Assembly (NCBI GenBank): GCA_003990765.1
Contig: RBNJ01000216.1
Location: 1-36,472, forward strand
Direction: 5' to 3'
Origin: Jimgerdemannia flammicorona
Taxonomy: Eukaryota
Length of the DNA stretch: 36,472 nt
This document shows, one piece after another, positions 26,261 to 36,472 of the stretch. Position 1 is the first letter of the stretch. Every line of letters begins with the position of its first letter. Both the position numbers and the translations under genes were made by a program. Below the pieces are notes generated by a model. It saw nothing but the letters and a program-made list of their open reading frames with translations. It searched no databases and was not told the DNA's origin.

Positions 26261-29200
26261 ATGATATGAATATATAGTATAGTAATCAGACATAGCAACC
26301 ATTGTAGACTACCAGATAAGGTATATCTGTACAGGACCTGCACACCTATACCAGACCTGCATACTTGTACTAGACCTGCACAACTTGCTATAAGTAGCAA
26401 ATCTATAGTTAGCTACATAGCAATCAGATAGTAACCACAATGTATAAAATACCCCAGAGACAAGAGTAAATAAACCTCAGTCCGAATTGAATCCAAAGCA
26501 AAAGTCAAGTCTACCTACTATACTTCAAGAGAAACTCTACAGCCACTGTTAAGAGATTGTGAGCAATGCATCTCCTTTCTCTGCTACCTTACCAGTCATA
26601 ATAGTTTGGTAGGTAACTTTTCGAGTCCACTTTCCACAATTATTACCCCCTCTACCTCTGGTTGGTTTGCTGTACCTATTGTAGAGTAGTGGGAGAGAGG
26701 CAATGGTGATGAGGTGCCTCTTTATCAGTGTTAGATCAGTGTCTTCTCCACTTTTTCATAGTTTCTAGTGCCTTTGGCTATGTCTGGAATACATCCAATT
26801 TGGTGCAGCACCTTCTTCCTTTTATTATTGCCAACAAGGTGCTGTCTTGGTATATTTCAGGCTATATAGGGAGTCGGCCAACCTTGGGCATCAAGTGCTC
26901 AGTATAGGTTATCTGTAGGTTCTTGGTACCTGTGGTGGGGCCCTCTGGCTTTGGCAAGCTTCCTGTGAGTACAGTTCTGGTATAGGTGACTGCTTTTCAG
27001 GTATTATTGGGATGGGAGGGGAGATGGCCATCACAGATAGGAGAAAGGGTGACAATAGTGGACCAGTAGGGTACCAGGTTGGGGGCAGTCATCAGGGCTG
27101 GGGTAGGTGCTACTTTAGTGGGGCCTTTTGATTGGTATGGTACAGTTAGGTAGTAGGTGTCACTCTTGGCTTCTTTTGGCAGTTTGGCAGATTGGGCCCT
27201 GGTCATCAGAGGGGGTCGGGGGGCCCAAGGCTACCCATTTTAAGTATCTTGGCTATACTTAACTAGAACTGGAAGCTGACATAGCAACATGATCAAGGCC
27301 TACAGGCTTGAGTAGTGGGGTATTGGAGGTCTCCTCTCACTTTATATGTAAGTTCTTTACTCATCTCGACTGGGAGAACTAGGCCCTATCCACCATGTTG
27401 TACTTTGATGAGAGTTTTTCTTTGTCTGTCATTCTCTTTGGAGTGGCAGGGGCTATTCTATTTGACTTGGGCATGGCCTTATACATATGTTGGGTTCTCA
27501 GGCATGTGCTTTCGGTCATTAGCATATAGCTGGGTTTCTCCTGATAGTAGGGAGAGTATGGTGCACAGAATGAGATATGGGCCAATATAGGCCCTACTGC
27601 ACCTGGTATGGTCAAGCTGCTGGACAATAGCTAGCCTAGGTTAATGGGGAGGCAGTGCTTGATGGGTGGTGGGAGAGGGTTTTGGCCTATATAGTCTAGG
27701 TTCTCTTCCAATAAAAATCTGCAGAACATTGAGTCTATTAAAAAAAAAAAAAAAAAGGGATTGTTAGCAATACATTTCTTTCCACTCCAGTTTACTTTCT
27801 GATATAAAGCCTTAGTTTGCTTGCCAGATAAGCCTGAAGTTTGCTGCTAAGTTCCAGAAAGAACTTTATAGCTATTTGAGTAATCTGCCACTTAAGGAAT
27901 AAGCTGCTTTTTTCAAAAAGTCTGCTACATTTTAGTTCACTTGCCAGATAAGCCTGAAGAAGTTATCCACATTCCCAGAGAACCCTTAAGAAACCTTGCC
28001 ACAAGCCAGTCTCTTGATACAACTTTATGGTGATACATTCATGCAAATGAAACTAGTTTTTGATATAACTTGCCAAGAATCTGTGATATCTGAGTTATCC
28101 AATATTCTCAGAAGAATCCTGCCAATTCAGAAAGAATCTGCACTATCTGAGTTATTAGTTTGTTCCCAGTGAGCCCAATTTGGAAAGAATCTGCCACCAA
28201 TATTACATATTCCCAGTAAGAAGAATCTGTACCATCCTCTATTCCCAGTTATTCAAATTATTCACACCATCTGAGTTATCATTTCAAGTAAGTTGCTGAT
28301 TCAGGAGAATCTCCACCAAATCAAGTTAGCTGCCAAATTGTCATGCATAAGGAATCTGCTGCACTATATAGAGATCATCATGTAGATATCATTAACTTTT
28401 GGAGATTGTCATGCTACACAGAGATCGTCATGTAGAAATCACATAAGGAGAACTACTAAATTGCCAGATCACACTATATAAGGAACCTGTCATGTTACAT
28501 CAAATCACCTGTCATATACAAATTACCACTATATCCAGAGAACCATCTCAATTAGAAAATCAATACACAAATTGACCACAGATATTTAGCTTTAACTATT
28601 ATACCACTAAATACTAAGAAAATTTTATTACTTTTAACAAAGTAACTGGGGGCTCAAGCCAAACTTTATCAATCCCCAACCTTATAATTTGCCTCCATTG
28701 AGCCAGGCATGTTATATTTGGGGACTCAACTAGGAAGATTTTTAAAATCAATATGACTTTTCAGCTCACAAGAACTGACAGTCAAACTGGATATATATGA
28801 TATAACACCAATCTCTGTCACTATAGGAGAACTGGGTATTACCAGCATCTGGACAGGAAGAGAAGTAATCATCTCAAGACTTATCAACTACTCAGTATCA
28901 GAAGGATCCCAACCTGAACCAGAAGCCAATACAGCCAGAGATCCCTAAGTAGATCAACCAGACAACACAGGTGGCCCTGATGGACAACTTGAAGAATTTG
29001 TATAAGAACTAGAAGATCTCATTATACAAGCCCAAGATCTTATAGCCAGACACCCCATACTAGTCTCACCAATCTCACCCATTGAACCTTTACCACCAGC
29101 CATCACAGAATTGGAAGTAGCTCCTACAAGAATACCTAGACTCATTCTACTTTGTCCAACGTCCAGAACACTATCCTCAAGATACCCAAGCACTCCCATA

Positions 29201-29288
29201 TCTAGTGATAGTCCAGAAATCAAATCAGAGTTGAAATCCAAATCAGAATCTGGACCAGAACCAGAATTGAAAAAAAGTGATGACAAAA

Positions 29289-30190
29289 TGACCACCTCAC
29301 TGCCAACTTTTGCAGGATATCCAGAGGAAGACCCCAGAGAATTCCTTAATGGAATTGAAGAAATCACAGCTCTAAGAAATCTCTCAGATGAAAGAAAAAT
29401 CGCCATCTACAAGGCCCAGCTCAGAGAACTAGCCAGAGGAATTTTCCACTGAACAGCAAATAATTCACATTCAGAACTAGTAAGACAGATATAAGCAGTA
29501 GCATCTTATGATCTAGAATATGTAGCCATGGTCCACTGGCTCATCAAAAAATATGCAGGAAATGAAACCCACCACAAGGCTAAAGAATCCATCATGGGGA
29601 TGAAAATAAATCTTAAAGAATCACCCAGAGCCTTCTTTATAAGAATACAGAAGAGAATGCATGACACTGGGTTCAATGCTACCAACCAGGATCTCATAGG
29701 TCCAATGACCTTCATGAATGAGATTCCCCTGAACATTGCCCAGCATGTCTATACCCTAGGTATCAGAAGATCAAAGAACAAGTAGATGTAGCCCAAGGAT
29801 TCTTTGATGTCGGACAAGGAACTACCTGGAGTGATCATGGCAAGAAAGAAGATAAAGAAGACATCCTAGTCAAAGCCCTATAAGGACTCCTTAAGGACAA
29901 GAGAGAACTGAAGAAAGAAGGCCAGCCAAAGAAGAGAAGAAGGATAGGAGTGAAATCTAAGACCTCAGCTCTAAATTGGACTGATTGGTTGGACAGATTG
30001 AAAAACTCACTATATACAAAAATTGGAGTTATCAAGACAACAGAGGATACCCACCACAAAGAAGCCAAGGTTATCCACCAAGAGATAACAGGAATTACCA
30101 GTAAGAGGAAAAAAGATATCTTGTTCAGAACAGAGCCCAAGTCCAATGTTTCCACTGTGGACAATTCAGATACTATGCCACTGAATATGA
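29289..30190 (+). pseudogene. gag capsid and knuckle of Gypsy B
   Basis: MTTSLPTFAGYPEEDPREFLNGIE...LRELAR...; ESPRAFFIRI; CFHCGQ..Y...Y knuckle with decayed His/Cys. Confidence 0.85.
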
Positions 30191-32479
30191 CAACAAAAGA
30201 AGTGACTAAAGGAACTCAGAACCACCAAACCAAAGAAATGACACTCAGTACAAGAAGGCTGAAGCCTATCCCATCAAAGATTTCGAAGATGTCAGCAACA
30301 GTGAAGACTACAGTGACCTAGACTTGTACCCTACTAAGATTACTATCTGGAAAACAGTTTATCCAGCAGAAAAAAGGAAGAGACCTGAAGGAAGGCCATC
30401 CAGGAATATCAGTAGAAGAATCATCCAAGAAGAAGATGAAGAACATGAGGAAGAGCAGATTGAAACATCTCCCTGAACTCACTCATCTTTTGTTCCTGAG
30501 ACAAATGAGCTACCACTAGAAGATAAAGAAATGGAACAAGAAGAATGGGAGCCTACTGCTTCAAAGCCCAAGAAGAAGTACACCCTGAAGACCATGCCTA
30601 GAGACATCTATAATGAAGCCTGGTAGAGGATTCAAGAGGCCAAGATGAAAGTTCCTCTCCTGTAGTTCCTGTAACTGACACTGGCTAAAGTTTGAAATAA
30701 ATTGCTGAGAACCACCAGGTCCAGCACTGGCCAAGTTCCAATCTCACAACAGAAGCCAGCTTCTATTCCTATCCAAGTTGCAGAAAGACATATCAGCACC
30801 TACTTATATGGAGATATTGGAGGACAAAGGTGAAAATCCTCATTAATACAGGAGTAGCTGTCTGTATCATTGCCAAATAGTTCCTGGATACCCTCCATTG
30901 GCCCATTGATAGACCATCCAACCTCAGCATTATAGTAGCAGATAGAGCTCGAACTCAACTCCTTGGAGAAGTATGAAACATCACCATTTCTCTGGGACAC
31001 ATTAAGTTCTCTATTCTGAAAGCTGTTGTTATGAAGCTATTACCTATAATATGATTCTTGGTACTAACTAGATGAAGAAAATGAATGCAGTTGTTGATAT
31101 CAGTCAATAAGTACTCAAGTTTGACTACTGAGGCAAGAAGTACAGAGTTAAGATGACCAGTTATATATGAGCAATTAAAGAAAAAGAAGAAGATCACTAA
31201 ATAGGAAGAATATGGCAGTAATGAAGAATCCACTACAGAAGAGGAAGAAGAATCTGAAGATGTAAATGATCCCAGACTCAATCCCCAAATTAACCTAGTG
31301 GATGACAGACCAGAAGACAATATATGGACCAAGAACACTGTCCCCATTACCATCAGAGCCATTGCAGGAGAAATCAAAGAATGTCCCACCTGCCTCAAGA
31401 GATGCAAGTACCCCAAGCACTCCTCCAAGATCAATGAGACAAGGAATTCGTCTGGTACAGCCTGCTCTGAGTGCAGAAAGAAGAAGAAGAAATGAAGACA
31501 TGTTCCAGAAACACCTGCAGCCAAAGCTGCAGATGTACAAGCAATCTAGGGATAACAATCATCTGAGGAAAAAGAAGTTCCTGACCAAGAAGTTCCCAAA
31601 CAAGAAGTCTCTGAAGAAGAAGAAGTCCCTGAACTCATTCCCTAAGATGACCCTCACTGGATACCACCTGAAGATAATGACCCTTGGAATATGGCAGAAG
31701 GATCCAGTACAATCCCCATTATTTCCAAGAAAGAAACTCATCAAGAAAGGGCCTTTAGGCAAGGAAGATGTCCACATCAAATGGTCTTCTACTCTCCTTG
31801 AGACTACTGCTATCAGTGCCATTTACTAGACCAATAAGAAAGACAGAGATACTAAAGACCAGAACCCCTGACTATAGTTATATAGTTAATCACCTTCTAA
31901 GAAGTTATTACCAGGTTGCAAAGCCAATTTAGAGGATAAGGCCTTTTCACCCAAACAGAAGTATACTCATTATCCACTCTTCTCCCAACTTATAACCAAG
32001 ATGGGTACTAATTTCCAAGACAAATTAACAACTGGGAACAGCAATTTCGAGTAATGAGATATTGCAACCATGGAAGATATCCAGACTGCTGAGACTGCAG
32101 ACATCAGAAGATTCACCTTAGTCATGATGTTGCAATCCACACCTTGAAGAGAGGAAACAACAGAGGCCAGATCCAAAAAAGCCAGACCAAGAAGCTAGGA
32201 AGAAGGACTCTTAAGATCTATAATTTAAGAGAAGACATCCTAGCTCTCATTAGATATGCAATCTGCTAAGAATAAGTAGAAGATACCATCAACTTCATGG
32301 AATCCCTAGACCCTAAAGGAAGAAGAGGAATCAACTATCTCCAAGACCCCTTTACTGGAGCCAGGTGGCCACATCTCAACCTCAGAGCCTAGAGGCTCTC
32401 TGCTAGTAAAGCCTCAGCTCCAAGGACAGCCTGAACTCAGTAAAGATGTTGCCTAGTATGCTCTGCTACATCTCAAGAC

Positions 32480-32856
32480 CAAACCCCCAACCAAAGCCCA
32501 CCCAGAGAATGTAAGATATCATCTTCACAGTCTGGAGGATGAATTCATCAAGTCCAGAAACATTTATAATCAGAACCAAACTAGCCATTCAGCCACCCCA
32601 AGGAGCTTATATCTAACTGATCTCAAGGTCTGGACTTGCCAGATAAGGAATAACTATAAAAGAAGGAACCATTGACCCAGGAAATACAGGCAAGATCAAG
32701 GTCATCCTACACAACAGTGGTATAGAATAGTACTGAATTATTAGAGGATAGAAGATTTTCCAAGCAGTCTTCATGAAGGTCAAGACCCCACAATTACAAG
32801 AAGTCTCTAAACTGACTGAAGGAACAAGACAAGCCAAAGGATTTGGAAGTTCAGAC
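32480..32856 (+). pseudogene. dut: Trimeric dUTPase domain of Gypsy B
   Basis: TKAHPE...LHS...TKLAIQPP...LISRSGLAR*GITIKEGTIDPGNTGKIKVILHN...KIFQAVF...TRQAKGFGSSD. Confidence 0.92.
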
Positions 32857-33202
32857 AAGAAGGAAGTACATCTCCTTCAAGTCAACCACCTCAAGAGGAA
32901 TATTCTCTAGCAAGTATACTACCAACTAGTCAAACTGCACAAGAATCTCATCCTGGAGCCTGGAGAACAAACCACCTTCGAAATCTTTGCACCACCTGAC
33001 CCCAGAAATCTTTTCTTTGAACCCAATGAAGATATCCCACACCTGGATATAGAAGGATACCCCTTCTCTGACAAGATGAACCCAGTACATTCCCAAGCAA
33101 TCAACCAAAGTTGGGAAACTATCATCTTGCCAAAAGGAACCATCATAGGGCATCTGGTGCCTTTTCTCAACCAAACTCATAGAGAAGTTTATGAACTAAA
33201 CC

Positions 33203-33422
33203 TATTGGGAAATGGCAAAAGGTCCCAGAAGAAAGGAAAGATATAATAGAACAAGCGAACAGATGAGACGTGACCAGATATCATGTGACCCGGCGATGAC
33301 ATCATCATATGATCGAGCGCGATATACAAACGACGAATGACGACCGAGGAATATAATGAAGGATGCGAAATGACACGAAAAATGATATCCAGATTATCAC
33401 TGACAATCGGCGCCACAGCAAC
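33203..33422 (-). repeat. Partial LTR-like insert with intact CpGs
   Basis: Interrupts Gypsy B pol; boundary TATTGGGAA (probably ex-TGTTGGGAA); minus-strand TATATA followed by pyrimidine tract; many CG. Confidence 0.5.
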
Positions 33423-34255
33423 TGTTACCACAGCAGCTGATCATTGCCTAGTAATTGAGGTCCTGATGACAAAGTTGTTTTTACCAACAACCACCTGACA
33501 AAAGTCACCTGACAAAAGTCATTATAGTTACCAAATTAGTCACTCATACTTAGTCAGAAATCATGGACCAATTTGTATAAATACCCCCCAGTTTCAATCC
33601 GAAATAAAGCAGTTTTAGTTTAGTCCTTGATACAAGAATCAAGTCCCCCCTCCACATACACATTTCCCTGAGTCTTAGTAATGACATCTAAGTGACTCTA
33701 GTGTTTCTGACTAAACTCCAGAAGCCTAGCTAACTTCTGCCAGAACTGAGACTGGTATATAAATCCCCAAAGACTTAAGTAAACCCATTGAACCTGAATT
33801 CCAAGACAAATTCAGTCTGTACACAGCAAAGAACAAGACTCTTGAAAGATAGGGCAAAAGAGAAAGACCTTTGAAAGATAAGGCACTGCCACTACAACTA
33901 CTTTTAAGCAAGCACTTCCGCAAACCAAAGGCTTCTTGGTACATATTGTGTACTAAGTCCCTAAATAATAGTCTTACTTCTCTAATTATCCAAAGGATAA
34001 GAGAGGGGTAGAAGTGAGAGTTATTACAACTTGGTAGCAGCAGATTACTGAGCCAAGAAGGCACCAAGAACATACTCCAGAAGTTGGAACAAGACCAACC
34101 TTGGATAGGAGTAACCCCCAGAACCAACTGTGGATCTCCAAACCAGAGCCAGAGAAGTCCTTGCTATTAGGACCAGGTGGTACCAGAAAACCATAGACCC
34201 AGGGACCCACCAGCTTGTAATTGACCAGGCTTATAAGGATCTATACCAGGCACAC
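33423..34255 (+). mobile_element. 5' LTR (33423-33686) and leader of another LTR element, interrupted by LINE copy C
   Basis: Ends TGTTACCAC...GTAATGACA revert to inverted TGTCGCCAC/GTGGCGACA; TGTATAAATACCCC, AATAAA and TCAAGTC shared with the 26270 LTR; internal CACCTGACAAAAGTC duplicate. Confidence 0.7.
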
Positions 34256-34334
34256 CTTTCACCAGTAACATTCGGGTGACACAAGACTCCAACAACACTT
34301 TTACAATGTTTTTTGGTGTTTGACGACTAACAAC

Positions 34335-36251
34335 ATGGATGGCAATGATCGATCTGGTGAGCATACTGGCCAGGGGGGTGATAGCACCTTTGGCTGGCAG
34401 CAGGTGGGGAGGAGGGGGGATGGTTTGGGGATGCCAGGGGCCTCGATGGCTAGCCGAGGCCCCGGCGGCGGAGGGAGGGGAGGTCTGAAGCAGAGAGGAG
34501 GAGAGAGGTCGACCTTTGCTGACAAGGTCAGGATGGGGAAGATGGCTTCTGGGCTGGATGGTTGGCTGGGCCTGGGGAAGGCATCGATGGCTACTGCTGG
34601 GGGTCAGGGAGGCACACCCCAAGGTACTTCTGGTGGTAGGGAGGGGGCCAGAGTAGGGGCTGGAGATGTGACTATTGATGGGGCTGTAACTGGGGATCTG
34701 GCAAAAAATCCAGATGTGACGGTGGTGGGCAATTCCAGACTTGGAGGGGGCACGAGGCCCAGGGACCTGGTGGATGGGGTGACGGGCATGGTGTCAGCCC
34801 CGTTACTCAAGAAGTTGAGGTCCGAATTCGTGGTCATGATGTGCTTCCAGGGCTTGGCAGTAACGGCGAGGATGATTTTGGGGTTGGTGGCGCAGGAGGC
34901 TAAGGGAGCAGCATCGGTGAAGTTCTTGAGGGGAAAGGAAGGGGTCGAGGTGGGGTTTGAGGAGGAGGATGCCTTGTTGGCAGCCATGGAGAAGGGGGTG
35001 ATGGTTGGTGGGGTTGTGGTCCCTATGGCCCAGTGTATGTGCTGGGACCCCCGGGTGGTACAGTTGACAGTGTTGGATCTTCCTATGGTGTTGAAGGAAA
35101 GGACCAGGGAGTTGGTGGTGGAGGCGATCAAGGAGTATAGTGAGATTGTGGATGTTGGTTTCAAGGTCTGGGAGGGCACAGAGCTTAGAACTAGAGACGT
35201 CGATGTCAGGGTGCGACTGGTGGAGAAGGAGAATACGGGGAAGTCGAGGGACTGGCCGGCAGCGCTGAGGTGGGGACAGGTGGAGTGTAAGGTTGCTAGA
35301 GTGAGGGGGACTCAGGAGGAGGAGGAGGACCTGTTGGAGGCTCTGGAGGACCTGGAAGGGGCAGTTGCGAGGAGGAGATTAGCCTGGAAGGAGTTTGAGG
35401 CCAGGACGGTGGTGGGGGAGGTGGATGGGAAGAGGGTTCAGATGGAGAAGGGGGCCTGGGAGAAGATGCAGGGGAGGAGGATTTAGAAGGAGTTATTGGC
35501 GAAGTTGGGTGGGGGTAGGGCTGGTGGAAGCTCCGGGGAGGGGGCTGCAGGGTTGCAGGAGAGCACCTGGGTGGAAGGGGGAGAGATGGCCCAGGGCGGG
35601 GCTCAGATTGGAGTTGGGGAGGAGAGGGAGGTTAACTTGGAGATGGATGCCGAAATGGGTGAAGGTGGGTGCCCACAGTATAGTGTTCTGATTGGGGCGG
35701 GAGGCGAGGAGGAGCTGATGGATGTGCCGGATGAGGAGTGGGATGAGTCAGTGAGGAGGAGCGCACTGGTGGACCCCGAGGTAGATGGGGGACAAATTGC
35801 TCAGGGGGTGGCGGAGGCAGTAGATGAGGAGAAGTGGATGTGGAAGACCCTGGAAGGGGTAGCGGCTGAAGAGCTGGGGGGTGAGGACTTCAGGGTGATG
35901 GAGGAGAGGCATTGGGAGGAGATTCTACATGGGGAAGAGGTGCCAAGGAAGATGAGGAATGAGATCCTGGCTGTCCTCCTGGAGTCGATAGAGTATCAGG
36001 TTGATGATCAGTGAGAGGAGGAGCTTAGAAGGATTGCGAGTGACAGGGCACTTGTCTTGTGGAACTCGAGGAAGGGACTAGAGAAGTGGCGCGCAGTCTG
36101 CTTGGATTACAGGGCAGATATGGAGGAGGTGGACAGAGTGGAGTGTCAGGAAATCTTGGGGGCACTGGATGCTCGGGATATTGTGGAGGGCGAATTGGAA
36201 GCTGAGCGACTCTTGGACTTGGCGAGGGATGAGATGAGCATGGAATTATAG
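34335..36251 (+). pseudogene. LINE ORF1 (RRM-like region, acidic C-terminus) with two in-frame stops
   Basis: ORFs 34320-35486, 35496-36014 and 36057-36251 share one frame; VQLTVLDLP...KEYSEIVDV...GTELRT pattern typical of L1/Tx1 ORF1. Confidence 0.8.
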
Positions 36252-36282
36252 GTTGAGGTCTCTTCTACAATATCTACTCAAT

Positions 36283-36472
36283 ATGAACAGTATAACTAGG
36301 ATATTCTCATTGAACGTTAATGGGTTGCGGGGGGCGGTTAGGAGGAAGTACATCTTTGGTTGGCTTTGGGGTCTGGATGCGGACCTCTTCTTGTTACAGG
36401 ATGTTCGGTATGATGCAGATGTGGATTTACAGGATTGGACTAAGGAATGGGGGGGTGCAGCAGTTTGGAGGG
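36283..36472 (+). CDS. LINE ORF2 start, APE endonuclease (partial)
   Basis: MNSITRIFSLNVNGLRGAVRRKYIFGWLWGLDADLFLLQDV... Confidence 0.9.
   Translation, partial: MNSITRIFSLNVNGLRGAVRRKYIFGWLWGLDADLFLLQDVRYDADVDLQDWTKEWGGAAVWR

Larger units (their letters stand above)
26270..33202 (+). mobile_element. Decayed Ty3/Gypsy element (family B) with long leader, gag, protease, Cys-rich insert, dUTPase; cut before RT
   Basis: LTR-like 26270-26555 (TGTATAAAATACCCC, AATAAA); gag LPTFAGYPEEDPREFL; knuckle QCFHCGQFRYYATEY ~30145; protease ILINTGVA ~30840; dUTPase 32480-32856. Confidence 0.88.
34256..36472 (+). mobile_element. L1/Tx1-like LINE, copy C (least decayed), runs off the window
   Basis: 5' end CTTTCACCAGTAAC coincides with the start of homology in copy A; ORF1 and ORF2 present; many CpG retained. 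Confidence 0.93.

Noticed and set aside
27740..27756. Poly(A) run as a retroposon tail
   Set aside because: No target-site duplication or recognisable LINE/SINE body upstream.

Overview
Eukaryotic, most likely fungal, repeat-rich window. An early-diverging/Mucoromycota-like lineage is my inference from intron style and TE types, not a proven assignment. Most of it is nested, decayed retrotransposons carrying heavy C>T/G>A mutation (CpG nearly absent, also CpA/TpG>TpA). Contents: (1) a full-length minus-strand Ty3/Gypsy element with both LTRs, gag-PR-dUTPase-RT-RNaseH-IN and an extra ~154-codon ORF (1667-8368), plus a second 5' fragment of it (18513-19925); (2) three copies of a G-rich L1/Tx1-like LINE at different stages of decay; (3) a CpG-intact, intron-rich C9orf78/Tls1 (Hep_59) homolog on the minus strand with a premature stop, a frameshift, a tandem repeat that duplicates a splice donor, and two unrelated upstream exons in frame; (4) two nested Ty1/Copia 5' portions; (5) a second, distinct dUTPase-bearing Gypsy with Cys/His motifs between protease and dUTPase; (6) further nested LTRs. 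All calls come from manual translation and motif recognition, and many TE boundaries are approximate.
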